The notes: generated by a model from the letters alone, not told the origin. A stretch of DNA of 64,000 bases from Oscillospiraceae bacterium (GCA_045595705.1 JAZOBA010000116.1:90-64089), one strand, 5' to 3'. Counted from the first letter of the stretch, positions 32,141 through 41,209 are shown. Translations and numbers: made by a program.

Positions 32141-32181
32141 TACAAAATAATCACGCATTTTTTAAGCAGGAGGCCCCGACT

Positions 32182-33249
32182 ATGGAAACCATCCGGATTA
32201 CAAAAACAACCCAGCCGAAAGAAAAGCCCGACTTCAAGAATCTGGGCTTCGGAAAATACTTCACCGACCATATGTTCCTGCTCAATTACGAGACGGGAAA
32301 GGGTTGGTACGATCCCCGCGTTGTTCCCTATGCTCCCCTACCGCTGGACCCCTCCTGCATGGTGTTCCACTATGCGCAGGAAGTTTTTGAGGGAATGAAG
32401 GCTTACCGCACTGCCGATGGCAGTGTACAGCTGTTCCGCCCTTACGACAATGCTCGCCGCATGAACGATTCCTGCGAGCGTCTGTGTATCCCCAGGATTC
32501 CCGAAGAACTCTTTGTGGAAGGTGTCAAGGCTCTGGTCCGCACCGACAGGGGCTGGGTGCCTGATGAGCCCGAGACGTCTTTATATATTCGTCCCTTTGT
32601 AATCGCCACGGATAACAGTCTGGGGGTTCACGCATCTCACACCTACATTTTCTGCATTATCTGCTGCCCGGTGGGCGCTTACTATGCCGAGGGCATTAAC
32701 CCGGTGCGTATTTATGTGGAACAGGACGATGTCCGTGCCGTCAAGGGAGGCACCGGTTACACCAAGTGCGGCGGCAACTACGCTGCCTCCATCCGTGCCG
32801 GTGAGCGCGCCGCTCAAAGCGGTTATGCGCAGGTTCTCTGGCTGGACGGTGTGGAGCGCAAGTACATTGAAGAAGTAGGTTCCATGAACGTGCTGTTCAA
32901 AATCGATGGTAAGGTGGTCACCCCCATGCTGACCGGTTCGGTTCTGCCCGGTATTACCCGCCGTTCCTGCCTGGAAGTGCTGCGCAGTTGGGGCTATGAG
33001 GTGGAAGAGCGCCTGATCTCCGCCGAGGAACTCTTTGCCGCCGCCGAGGCCGGCAAGCTGGAGGAGGCGTGGGGATCCGGTACTGCGGCCGTGATTTCCC
33101 CCGTGGGTGAGATGGGCTGGGGTGAGCGCCACGTGATCATCAACGGCGGCGAGACCGGGCCGCTGACCCGCCGGCTGTACGACACGCTGACCGGAATTCA
33201 GTGGGGAAAGATCGACGATCCCTACGGTTGGGTCGTAAAAGTGGACTGA
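32182..33249 (+). CDS. ilvE: Branched-chain amino acid aminotransferase
   Basis: Class IV aminotransferase of 355 aa with the stretches ..YIRPF.., ..GGTGYTKCGGNYAAS.. and ..GITR.S. Confidence 0.93.
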   Translation: METIRITKTTQPKEKPDFKNLGFGKYFTDHMFLLNYETGKGWYDPRVVPYAPLPLDPSCMVFHYAQEVFEGMKAYRTADGSVQLFRPYDNARRMNDSCERLCIPRIPEELFVEGVKALVRTDRGWVPDEPETSLYIRPFVIATDNSLGVHASHTYIFCIICCPVGAYYAEGINPVRIYVEQDDVRAVKGGTGYTKCGGNYAASIRAGERAAQSGYAQVLWLDGVERKYIEEVGSMNVLFKIDGKVVTPMLTGSVLPGITRRSCLEVLRSWGYEVEERLISAEELFAAAEAGKLEEAWGSGTAAVISPVGEMGWGERHVIINGGETGPLTRRLYDTLTGIQWGKIDDPYGWVVKVD

Positions 33250-33250
33250 T

Positions 33251-33286
33251 AAAAAACCGTTCACTCCAAAGAGTGAACGGTTTTTT
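33251..33286. terminator. Rho-independent terminator after ilvE
   Basis: AAAAAA-CCGTTCACTC-CAAA-GAGTGAACGG-TTTTTT. Confidence 0.85.
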
Positions 33287-33346
33287 GTATAGCCACAAAA
33301 CGGCAAATGTGATATACTGAAGCAAAAGACAACAAGGAGGGGTAGT

Positions 33347-34267
33347 ATGCTGACCAAACTCTTCCCTATGGTACAGTTTGATAAGGGCACATGGGAAATT
33401 GATGAATTTGACTGCGCCAGCATCTTTTTGCTGGAGGGTACCGAGAAGGCTATGCTGATCGACTGCGGTATGGGTATTGGTGACCTGCGTGGCGCGATTG
33501 AGACGATCACCGACAAACCGCTGATCGTGGTCATTACCCACGGCCACATTGACCACACCGGAAATGCCCGCCAGTTTGATGAAATCTGGATCCACCCTAA
33601 GGATCGGGACAAGCCGATCCCGCAGGATACCGCACGCCGGAAATGGGATATTGAACGCATTGCCCGCCGTCAGAAAAGCAGCATCGGCGGCTATTTCACC
33701 ATGTTCAACCTGTATCCCTTTGACTTGAATGTGGACATACGTGAGCCGGAGGAGTACGGGAACGAACCGGTTATTCACGACCTGTATGATGGGCAGGAAT
33801 TCGATCTGGGCGGTGGCCGCATTGTTACCGCGTATGAATGCCCGGGCCATTCTGCCGGTGAGATGGTATTTCTGGATCACCAGACCCGGTCCCTGTTCTG
33901 CGGCGATGCGCTGAATTACAATCTGGGCATTGGTGCCATTCCGGTGGAAACCACCGTGCGCTACATGAAACGTCTGCAGGATTTGAGCGATCAGTATGAC
34001 CGCATTTACAACGGCCACCATGACTTCCGTGCGCTGGGTATGCCGCTGGGCGATGACTGTCTGCCCAATGCCATTGCAATCATGGAAGATGTTCTGGCCG
34101 GAACGGCGGTTCCCTGCGAGATGCCCAGCTTCTGGGGACAGGATGTGCCCCTGACATGGGAGAAAAAGCCCACCATGACCGGAGACGGACAGATCATCAA
34201 CCGTGTTCTGTACCATAGAGGACGCAATGTAATCGGCGTGAACATGGACAATCTCAGGGAAAAGTAA
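33347..34267 (+). CDS. MBL-fold metallo-hydrolase
   Basis: ITHGHIDHTGN (HxHxDH) and a downstream CPGHSAGEM motif. A GGAGGGG RBS lies upstream. Confidence 0.82.
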   Translation: MLTKLFPMVQFDKGTWEIDEFDCASIFLLEGTEKAMLIDCGMGIGDLRGAIETITDKPLIVVITHGHIDHTGNARQFDEIWIHPKDRDKPIPQDTARRKWDIERIARRQKSSIGGYFTMFNLYPFDLNVDIREPEEYGNEPVIHDLYDGQEFDLGGGRIVTAYECPGHSAGEMVFLDHQTRSLFCGDALNYNLGIGAIPVETTVRYMKRLQDLSDQYDRIYNGHHDFRALGMPLGDDCLPNAIAIMEDVLAGTAVPCEMPSFWGQDVPLTWEKKPTMTGDGQIINRVLYHRGRNVIGVNMDNLREK

Positions 34268-34273
34268 TTTCAC

Positions 34274-34310
34274 AAAAAACGGAGGCCTACCCAAATTGGG
34301 TAGGCCTCCG
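34274..34310. terminator. Terminator shared by the convergent MBL gene and the envelope operon
   Basis: Near-perfect palindrome CGGAGGCCTACCCAA/TTGGGTAGGCCTCCG at 34280-34310. The strong U-tract is on the minus strand (plus-strand A-run at 34274-34279). Confidence 0.75.
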
Positions 34311-34314
34311 TTGC

Positions 34315-35424
34315 TTATTGTACGATAAAACCGGCGGGAAGCTTCCAGGAGGAATTGGAATAATAGAAGGTCACGCTGGTCATCAGATATTCTCCGTCGT
34401 AGTACATGCAGGAGGAGCTGCCGCCGTCCAGATTGGCGGCGTTGACGGCGCCGAACTGCTGCATGACCTGAATCAAATCACTGCTGGAGGCGCCCAGATG
34501 GCCCGATTTACCGCGTCCATCGGTGACAAACAGCAGTACCGAGCCGTCGGCGCGCTGCCCGATGGCAGTGCGGGGGTTCAGACCGCTGCCCGAGCCGTGC
34601 ATCTGCCGGGCTTCGTTGTTGATGATCAGCTGCACGAAATGGTTGTTGGCGTCGCTGGCTTCTTCCTGGAAGGTGACGGCATCGCGGATTTTGCGCTCCC
34701 GGATGAGCGTTTCCACCTCTTCGGCCTTCATTCCGTCGATGTCAATGATCTGCAGGATGTGATTTTCGTCAAAACCGATGAGCACCAGACCGGGCCACTT
34801 GTGGGGCTCGTTGAACTGGATCTCCCCATTGGAGACGATGACACCGTAGGGTTTGCCGCCGGTGTTGTTGGTGGAGTCATACAGGCCTCCGTTGATACCG
34901 GCGATGGCACCGTTGGAGGTGACCAGTTTGTCCAGCGTCACGCCCACATCACGCCAGGGATAGATGGTGGCAAGACTGATGCGGGAAGGGTCTTTGACAA
35001 TCATCATAGTGCCGGTGTAGGTGGAACCGGCCACTTCCACGATTTCAATGTCCTGCTGCGGCTGAACTTCGGGAATTTGTTCGTTGCCGCCAACCGAGAC
35101 ACTTCCGGAAGTGCCGCCAATCTGAATCAGATCAGTATCCACTTCGGCATTGAGGTCCTTCATGGAATTCTGGTCCACAATGGCCTGAATCTCGTCGGCA
35201 TCCAGGAACCAGGAGGCCAGAAATTTCAGCTGCCCGGTTTCCAAAATGGTAGTGACAAACATCTGCTGGGCCGAGGGAAAGGTGTCCGAGCAGATCAGAT
35301 TCAGTGAAAGCAGCAGGGTGGCAGCCACGGCAACCACAAAGGTCAGCACAACGGCAACCAACCGAACAACCGTCTTTCCGATGATGCGGCCAATGCTTTT
35401 TTTTGTTTTGGTTTCCTGCATCAT
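34315..35424 (-). CDS. Phosphodiester glycosidase family protein (NAGPA / DUF2233-like), N-terminal membrane anchor
   Basis: One N-terminal TM helix. Blocks GINGGLYDSTNNTGGKPYGVIVSNG, RTAIGQRADGSVLLFVTDGR and NLDGGSSS are typical of the family. Confidence 0.75.
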   Translation of the reverse strand: MMQETKTKKSIGRIIGKTVVRLVAVVLTFVVAVAATLLLSLNLICSDTFPSAQQMFVTTILETGQLKFLASWFLDADEIQAIVDQNSMKDLNAEVDTDLIQIGGTSGSVSVGGNEQIPEVQPQQDIEIVEVAGSTYTGTMMIVKDPSRISLATIYPWRDVGVTLDKLVTSNGAIAGINGGLYDSTNNTGGKPYGVIVSNGEIQFNEPHKWPGLVLIGFDENHILQIIDIDGMKAEEVETLIRERKIRDAVTFQEEASDANNHFVQLIINNEARQMHGSGSGLNPRTAIGQRADGSVLLFVTDGRGKSGHLGASSSDLIQVMQQFGAVNAANLDGGSSSCMYYDGEYLMTSVTFYYSNSSWKLPAGFIVQ

Positions 35425-36956
35425 ACAATCTCCTTCATGCCGGCCAGCTTCCAGGCGGGGTCGTTCACACCGTTGTCGGTATCGTCACAGAAAACAAAGT
35501 AGAATCGGTCGTTCATGGGGTCGTCCACCATGGCGCCGTAATACAGGCGCATATGCTTCACGAAGGAAATGTCCACAGAGAAACAGTTCTCGGTGATCCA
35601 CGTGAAGTTAGTCACCTTGTTTTCGGTAAAGGCCGGATTGGCCAGCGTGTGCTTGCTGGTGTATTGGATATCGATGCCGGTGGCATACTTGACGGCCACC
35701 TTGTACTGGTAAGAGTCGGCGATCAGATCTTTCTTGAGCTGGGCAAAGGGCAGATCGTTGGTCATGAACATGCTCCAGTTTTGGGCGATCTGCAGGACAT
35801 CCACCTGATAGGAGACCTCTTCGGGTACTGCGTCCAGGCGGATAGCATGGTCGGTCAGGTCATATCGGGTCGAATCACCCTCCAGAGGGATGGGGTTGCC
35901 CAGTTGGTCGGCAACCGAAAGTTCGGCGTTTTCCTGCAATACGGCGATGGTGTACTCACCAATGGCAGGAAGACCGTCCACAAGGTCGACAAGGGGGGCG
36001 TACTCGGGGTTCTCCCGGGTGGAAATGCGGTGTTCGGGTACGGTGTTTCCGTTTACCCGAACGGTGTGGCGGCTGTCGGTGGTGATGCAGGCGTAGGTCA
36101 GAGGAAGCTCACTGCCGCCCTCGTAATTCACGCTGTTGCCGTAATCATCGCGGATGCAAACGGCTGGCTTGGTCAAAGTCGCAATGTCATAGAGAATTAA
36201 ACCGTCACCGACGGAAGTTCCCTCAGCCGGCTGACCGTTGATTTCCACCGCCAAAGCGGAAGGAAGGGTCAAAGAATAGTCGAAAAACTCCACCAGGACC
36301 CGGCCATTTTTCAAGGTATAGTCGGCCTGGACTCCATTGCGGTCAGTAATGACAAAATCAGGAGAAAGATACAGCCCGGACAGGGTGTATTCGGTCTGGC
36401 GTTCTCCCTTGGGAGCACCGTGTTCAGCGGTCAGAAGTGAGCCATTGACGGTTACGGAAAAGGAGTTGGGAAGATTCAGAGAATAGTTGCGGGGTTCCAG
36501 AATGGGGGTGACCGATTCCACGGCCCACTCCCGCATACTCAGCACAGCCAGCTTGGTCACGGCGGGTCCGGCGGCCTTCAACTTGATTTCCGCAAGGGGG
36601 AATCCGTCCCGTGTCACGGTATAGAGCAGTTCATCTTCGGAACTTCCAGTCTGCGCGAAGGTCAGGGAATCCGCATCAAACAGGGCCAAATATTCGGCCT
36701 TAACATCACGGTTTTGCTCAAAGGGTCCGGTGGTCACGGCGGGCAGATTGTACTTGGCCCAAAATTCTTCGCTTCCGGCATCGGAGACCAGCTGGGAGAC
36801 GGCCGTTTGTACATGATGCTCGGGCTGGGAGGCCTCGTAGTCAAACAAAAGGGCGCGCACGTACAGCACCGCGGCAGTAACCAGCGCGGCGAGGACGAGA
36901 ATATAAATCAGATAGATCAGTCGGAAGGAGACCCTGCGTTGTTTCATCGCACGCAA
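35421..36956 (-). CDS. Uncharacterised membrane-anchored protein, 511 aa, predicted extracytoplasmic
   Basis: One N-terminal TM helix (LIYLIYILVLAALVTAAVLYV), then a long beta-rich region. I recognise no family. Its stop overlaps the downstream start by 4 nt, and its start overlaps the upstream stop by 13 nt. Confidence 0.7.
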   Translation of the reverse strand: MRAMKQRRVSFRLIYLIYILVLAALVTAAVLYVRALLFDYEASQPEHHVQTAVSQLVSDAGSEEFWAKYNLPAVTTGPFEQNRDVKAEYLALFDADSLTFAQTGSSEDELLYTVTRDGFPLAEIKLKAAGPAVTKLAVLSMREWAVESVTPILEPRNYSLNLPNSFSVTVNGSLLTAEHGAPKGERQTEYTLSGLYLSPDFVITDRNGVQADYTLKNGRVLVEFFDYSLTLPSALAVEINGQPAEGTSVGDGLILYDIATLTKPAVCIRDDYGNSVNYEGGSELPLTYACITTDSRHTVRVNGNTVPEHRISTRENPEYAPLVDLVDGLPAIGEYTIAVLQENAELSVADQLGNPIPLEGDSTRYDLTDHAIRLDAVPEEVSYQVDVLQIAQNWSMFMTNDLPFAQLKKDLIADSYQYKVAVKYATGIDIQYTSKHTLANPAFTENKVTNFTWITENCFSVDISFVKHMRLYYGAMVDDPMNDRFYFVFCDDTDNGVNDPAWKLAGMKEIV

Positions 36957-38041
36957 TTCCTTTCTGCGGGGGATGTGGTGTCGTTGAAAACCCAGATGTG
37001 CTGAATACGGAAACTAAAGAAGAACAGAACCGTGTCCACCACAATTTTGATCAAAGTGGACAGGAAGGCGGAAGAGACGGAAAGCAGATGTTCAAACAGG
37101 AACACTGCGGCGGCCGACACAAGGATCTGCGCCACGGCAAGGATGTAGTAGCGCAGCAGGGTCTGCTTGTTGGTTTTGCCGTCAAAGACCACTTTGGCGT
37201 TGACCAGATAATTGATCAGCGAGGAGATGACGCGGGCAAAAAAGGCGGCTAAAAAGGTGGTGGGAAGAAATCCAAACAGAAGGGCGGCTGATCCCAACAG
37301 TTTTTTGAACAGGAAAAAGGCGCCTTCATCGACAATTGCGGCACCCACCGAACTGAACAGATATTTTATAATCAGGGAGTAAATGCGAATGCTGTCCCGC
37401 ACCACACGGAAGTGGGAGGACTGGTTGTCCTCAAGGTAAACGGTGGTGATTTCGACTTCGTCAAAGGGGAGTTTGTGCTTCTTGATGACAAAGAACATTT
37501 CGGTTTCAAATTCATAGCGATCGCCCTTGGCCCCCATGATTTCGGGCAGATAGCTGCGGGGGAAAGCGCGCAGACCGGTCTGAGTGTCGCGGAGTTTCAT
37601 GCCGAAGAACAGGCGGAATACGCCGATGGTGATCTTGTTTCCGGCCTTGCTGCGAGGGGGCACCAGAGGGTCAGAAAAATTTCGGACACCGAACACGATA
37701 TTTCCACTCTCGCCCATGGCGGAAGCCACGGCGGCAATGTCTTTTGCGAGATGTTGTCCGTCGGCATCGGCGGTGACCACACCGACCTGTGACCGGCGGT
37801 TGTCCAGAAAGAAGGCCATGGCAGTTTTCAAAGCAGCGCCTTTGCCCCGGTTGACCGGATGGCGCAGCAGGGTGCACTGCGGCATGGTGGACACCTGAGC
37901 GAAGATCGAAGAAAATGCTTCGCCGCTGCCGTCATCCACTACCAGAATGTCGGAAAAGCCGGCTTCAACCAGATCGGAGAGGGTCTTTATTAACTTCTGA
38001 TCGGGTTTGTAAGCAGGAATGATGACCGAAACCGGATTCAT
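36944..38041 (-). CDS. Glycosyltransferase family 2 fused to a GtrA-like (flippase-like) membrane domain
   Basis: N-terminus VSVIIPAYKP, then VVDDGS, DADGQH and RDTQTGLRAF (GT-A, polyprenyl-phosphate glycosyltransferase-like). The C-terminus has four TM helices resembling GtrA. True ATG at 38039-38041. Confidence 0.82.
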   Translation of the reverse strand: MNPVSVIIPAYKPDQKLIKTLSDLVEAGFSDILVVDDGSGEAFSSIFAQVSTMPQCTLLRHPVNRGKGAALKTAMAFFLDNRRSQVGVVTADADGQHLAKDIAAVASAMGESGNIVFGVRNFSDPLVPPRSKAGNKITIGVFRLFFGMKLRDTQTGLRAFPRSYLPEIMGAKGDRYEFETEMFFVIKKHKLPFDEVEITTVYLEDNQSSHFRVVRDSIRIYSLIIKYLFSSVGAAIVDEGAFFLFKKLLGSAALLFGFLPTTFLAAFFARVISSLINYLVNAKVVFDGKTNKQTLLRYYILAVAQILVSAAAVFLFEHLLSVSSAFLSTLIKIVVDTVLFFFSFRIQHIWVFNDTTSPAERNCVR

Positions 38042-38067
38042 GTTAAATACCCTCCTTTCAATCAAAA

Positions 38068-39627
38068 TCAGTTTTTTCTGCGTCGGCGCAGAAAAGCAAG
38101 GAGCAACACCGTGATGCACGGAACTGCAACAATGGCGAGGGAAATGGTCGCCCGGCGGTTGTGGGCCCGGCGCAGAGCTTCCACCTGAGCAGCCTGTGCC
38201 TCGGCCTCGGCTTTGGCCCGGGCTTCTGCCTCGGCCTGCACCTTGGCAGCTGCTTCTGCCTGCGCCTGTTTGGCTGCTTCGGCTTCGGCCTTGGCGCGCG
38301 CTTCGGCTTCGGCCTGCAGTCGGGCGGCCTCCTCGGCGGCCTTGGCCTCGGCTTCGGCTCTCGCGGCACGCTGGGCGTAAGTCTCTACATTTTCAAAGAA
38401 ATCGCCGCCCGCCACATCGGGGCCAACCTTGGTGTTGTACAGACCGTAACGGCAGGGAGAATAGCCCCGCACCTGAGTGGCTTTGGTAATGGGAGCGTCG
38501 GCAGTGCCGTAAATCCACCGGTAAAACCAGGTCCAGTGCTGGCTCTTATGGCAGGCGAAACCCTCCTGCGTGACCTCGAAGGGAGATTTGCCCCCCAAGC
38601 TATTCAAGGGGGTGTCCCAGTCCATGGTGATTTGGTTTTCGGGATAGAGATGAAGATAAGTCTTTTCCACCGTCCAGGGGCCGAATGCGGCAGCGCTGTC
38701 GGGATATTGGGTCGGGTCGGCAGACAGAGTGATAGCATCGGTCAAAGCGGCGGCGGCATACACGTGGGTGCCATGGCCGTACTCGCCGTTCAGGTCGTGA
38801 GAGACCATCACCAGCGGCTTGAATCGGCGGATGCACAGGGTGATGTAACTGACAAAATCCTCGTATGTAACACCTGCATTTTCGTAGACCTTTTGGGCTG
38901 CCGAAAAGGCGGCGGCGCGGTCCTTGGATTCAGAATACAGGTCGGGGAAATCCGACATAACCGGGTAGTTTCGAATACCCACCGCCCAAAGGCCGTCCAG
39001 CTGCTCATGGGGACGCTGGTGGTCGGGGGCGCCCCATGCCTCAAAGTGCTGCACCACATAGGCCACCTGTACGTTGAGCTGCCGCTCCACGGCATAATAG
39101 GGCAGCACACCGGCGAAAAACAGCTGTTCATCGTCAGAGTGGGAAGAGAGCAGCAGCAAATCAGCCTGTTCGCAGGGCGGATTCCATGTCTGTACCCAGT
39201 GGGGCAGATCGCCGGCAGAAAAGGCGTAAATATCGGCGATGACGGTGCCGGCCGGGAAGGTCAGAATCAGCGTGTCCGGCAGTGCGTCAAACAGGGCGGA
39301 AACATCCACAAATTCATGGAGAAAGGCGTTCTGCCCGCAAGGGAGCGTTCGGCTGGTTGAGGGGTCGGTCAGTGTCCAAGGCTGAGGGGTGCGGTCAAAT
39401 TCAATGTAAAGGGCGGCAATGCCATCGGGCCGGGAGAGGGTAATCGAAGAGCCCTCGGAAATGCGGGTGTAGGAACTTCTGCTCCCGTCAAACAGGCGTT
39501 GGGGATTGGAAACTTCCACCGTTTCGGTGACCGTGTCGGTGTAGGATGCTTCGGTGGCCAGCGAGGGTACCGCAAGCAGGCACAGGAGGAAAAATGCAGT
39601 TGTGATCATTCGCAAAACGGCTCGCAT
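38068..39627 (-). CDS. Secreted PIG-L/LmbE-family deacetylase with N-terminal binding-like domain, Ala/Glu-rich repeat and C-terminal TM anchor
   Basis: Signal peptide MRAVLRMITTAFFLLCLLAVPSLA. PIG-L-like blocks LLLLSSHSDDEQLFFAG and GEYGHGTH. C-terminal AEAEA(R/K)A repeats are followed by a TM helix and RRRRKN. Confidence 0.6.
   Translation of the reverse strand: MRAVLRMITTAFFLLCLLAVPSLATEASYTDTVTETVEVSNPQRLFDGSRSSYTRISEGSSITLSRPDGIAALYIEFDRTPQPWTLTDPSTSRTLPCGQNAFLHEFVDVSALFDALPDTLILTFPAGTVIADIYAFSAGDLPHWVQTWNPPCEQADLLLLSSHSDDEQLFFAGVLPYYAVERQLNVQVAYVVQHFEAWGAPDHQRPHEQLDGLWAVGIRNYPVMSDFPDLYSESKDRAAAFSAAQKVYENAGVTYEDFVSYITLCIRRFKPLVMVSHDLNGEYGHGTHVYAAAALTDAITLSADPTQYPDSAAAFGPWTVEKTYLHLYPENQITMDWDTPLNSLGGKSPFEVTQEGFACHKSQHWTWFYRWIYGTADAPITKATQVRGYSPCRYGLYNTKVGPDVAGGDFFENVETYAQRAARAEAEAKAAEEAARLQAEAEARAKAEAEAAKQAQAEAAAKVQAEAEARAKAEAEAQAAQVEALRRAHNRRATISLAIVAVPCITVLLLAFLRRRRKN
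38161..38376 (-). repeat. Low-complexity GCN/GAR-rich coding repeat (encodes AEAEARAKAEAEA-type repeats)
   Basis: Reiterated GCCTCGGC/GCTTCGGC units on the plus strand. The translated block AEAEARAKAEAEA occurs twice within about 70 Ala/Glu/Lys/Gln-rich residues. Confidence 0.8.
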
Positions 39628-39757
39628 TATCGACCCTCCTTGTAAGGGGAAAATCCCTGAATTTTGGTCCTTTTGGGCTATCTTAAGTTATGACATAAAA
39701 CGATGAAAAAAACAACACGAAAAAGATTACAATTTTCTGATAATCGGTAACAAAAAA

Positions 39758-39793
39758 CCCTTGCCGGATTCGAAAAGAAGAATCCGGCAAGGG
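39758..39793. terminator. Bidirectional-looking terminator after the radical SAM gene
   Basis: CCCTTGCCGGATTC-GAAAAGAA-GAATCCGGCAAGGG, with AAAAAA upstream and a T-rich tail downstream. Confidence 0.75.
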
Positions 39794-39808
39794 CGTTTAT
39801 TTGGCGGT

Positions 39809-40426
39809 TTAATCGGGGATGTATTCCCGCACGCGGAGAACGGCACCCAGCCCTTCGCACATGGCACGGCAGGCCTCGATTTCCTCGGGGGTTTTATCCT
39901 TGTTGACAATGGTCATTTTGACCTGGGGGACCACCTTTGCGGCCTTGCGGGTAAAGTCCAGCATGGCGTCCCATGCGGCAGCGCCGGCCTGAGGGCGGGT
40001 AACCTTCACATACTCTTCGCAGGTGGAGCCATTCAGAGAGATGGACAGCACGTCAATGCGGCCGGCCAGATCGGGAGTGACATCCCGCCCGTGGATCAGA
40101 TTGGCATGGCCATTGGTGTTGATTCGGATGGGAGGCAGCGCGGGGACCGCCTTTTTCATCTCATCCACCAGCCAGAGAATGTCATCGATGCGGTAGGAGG
40201 GCTCACCGAAACCGCAGAACACAATTTCGGGATAGCTTGCCAGATCCCGCTTGAGCAGGTCGTTCAGCGCTTCCTGCCGGGTGGGTTCGTGCTCCAGCCA
40301 CAGGTCGTCGGCGTAGATACTGCCCTTGTGGCCGTTGTGGCGCAGGCAGAACACGCAGGCGCAGTTGCAGCGGTTGGTCAGGTTGACGTACAGAGAACCT
40401 TCGTATTCATAGGAGATGGTCTGCAT
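39809..40426 (-). CDS. Radical SAM protein, TatD-family-associated type
   Basis: CNCACVFC (CxxxCxxC) near the N-terminus, about 205 aa, 4 nt downstream of tatD. This matches the family I recall as TatD-associated radical SAM. Confidence 0.7.
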   Translation of the reverse strand: MQTISYEYEGSLYVNLTNRCNCACVFCLRHNGHKGSIYADDLWLEHEPTRQEALNDLLKRDLASYPEIVFCGFGEPSYRIDDILWLVDEMKKAVPALPPIRINTNGHANLIHGRDVTPDLAGRIDVLSISLNGSTCEEYVKVTRPQAGAAAWDAMLDFTRKAAKVVPQVKMTIVNKDKTPEEIEACRAMCEGLGAVLRVREYIPD

Positions 40427-40430
40427 GGAT

Positions 40431-41207
40431 TCATCCTCCGATGCGGAAAAATTTCTTGCCGTTTTCGCAGGTGATGCGCAGTACTTCCTCGGCGGTAATA
40501 TTGCCTTTGCACTCGGCCACCTTGGCGGCGGAATACGGAATCAGCGAGGAGTCGCACCGCTTGCCGCGGAAGGGCTCGGGAGCCATGTAGGGTGCGTCGG
40601 TTTCCAGCATGAGATGCTCCATCGGCAGCCACTTCAGAATTTCGGGTGCCCGGCGGGCGTTGTGGAAGGTAATGTTGCCGGTGAAAGAGATCATCCAACC
40701 CAAATCTACCAGAACCTTGGCATCCTCCAGACTGCCGGCATAGCAGTGGAACACACCCCGGGCATTGGGGTGGGCGCGCACAATGTCCAGGGTGTCCTTG
40801 TGGGCATCCCGGTCATGAACGATGGCGGGCAGATTCAACTCTTCGCTCAAGGAGAGCAGCGCATCAAACATTTCCCGGGAAAAGGCACGTTCGTCCTTCT
40901 CCTTTACCCAGTAATAGTCCAGTCCGATCTCACCCACGGCCACCACCTTGGGAGCGGAGCAGAGGGCGCGGATCTTGTCCACATCGGACAGGGTTATGCC
41001 TTGCAGGTTTTCGGGATGAAAACCTGCAGCGGCGTAAATGTAATCGTATTTTGCGGCCAAATCAATACAGGCCTGCGACGATTCCACATCACAGCCGGGG
41101 CAAACGATCAGTTCCACGCCCTTGGAGGGCAAAGAGGAAAGCAGTTGGTCCCGGTCGGCATCAAAGGCATCGTCGTAATAGTGGGCGTGTGTGTCGAAAA
41201 TTGGCAT
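40431..41207 (-). CDS. tatD: TatD-family metal-dependent hydrolase/DNase
   Basis: The N-terminus IFDTHAHY, an internal HCY.G block and LETDAPY. An AGGAGAG RBS precedes the ATG at 41205-41207. Confidence 0.9.
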   Translation of the reverse strand: MPIFDTHAHYYDDAFDADRDQLLSSLPSKGVELIVCPGCDVESSQACIDLAAKYDYIYAAAGFHPENLQGITLSDVDKIRALCSAPKVVAVGEIGLDYYWVKEKDERAFSREMFDALLSLSEELNLPAIVHDRDAHKDTLDIVRAHPNARGVFHCYAGSLEDAKVLVDLGWMISFTGNITFHNARRAPEILKWLPMEHLMLETDAPYMAPEPFRGKRCDSSLIPYSAAKVAECKGNITAEEVLRITCENGKKFFRIGG

Positions 41208-41209
41208 AA

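Noticed and set aside
32141-32181. T-box, riboswitch or attenuator leaders upstream of ilvE, metG, purL and azlCD
   Set aside because: The leaders are too short (about 25-45 nt) or absent because of overlapping upstream genes. I saw no specifier or antiterminator-like structures and no purine-riboswitch-like junction.
38161-38376. Reiterated GCCTCGGC/GCTTCGGC units as a possible CRISPR array or non-coding tandem repeat
   Set aside because: The units are in frame within the PIG-L-family ORF and encode an Ala/Glu-rich repeat. There are no spacer-like unique segments and no regular repeat/spacer periodicity.
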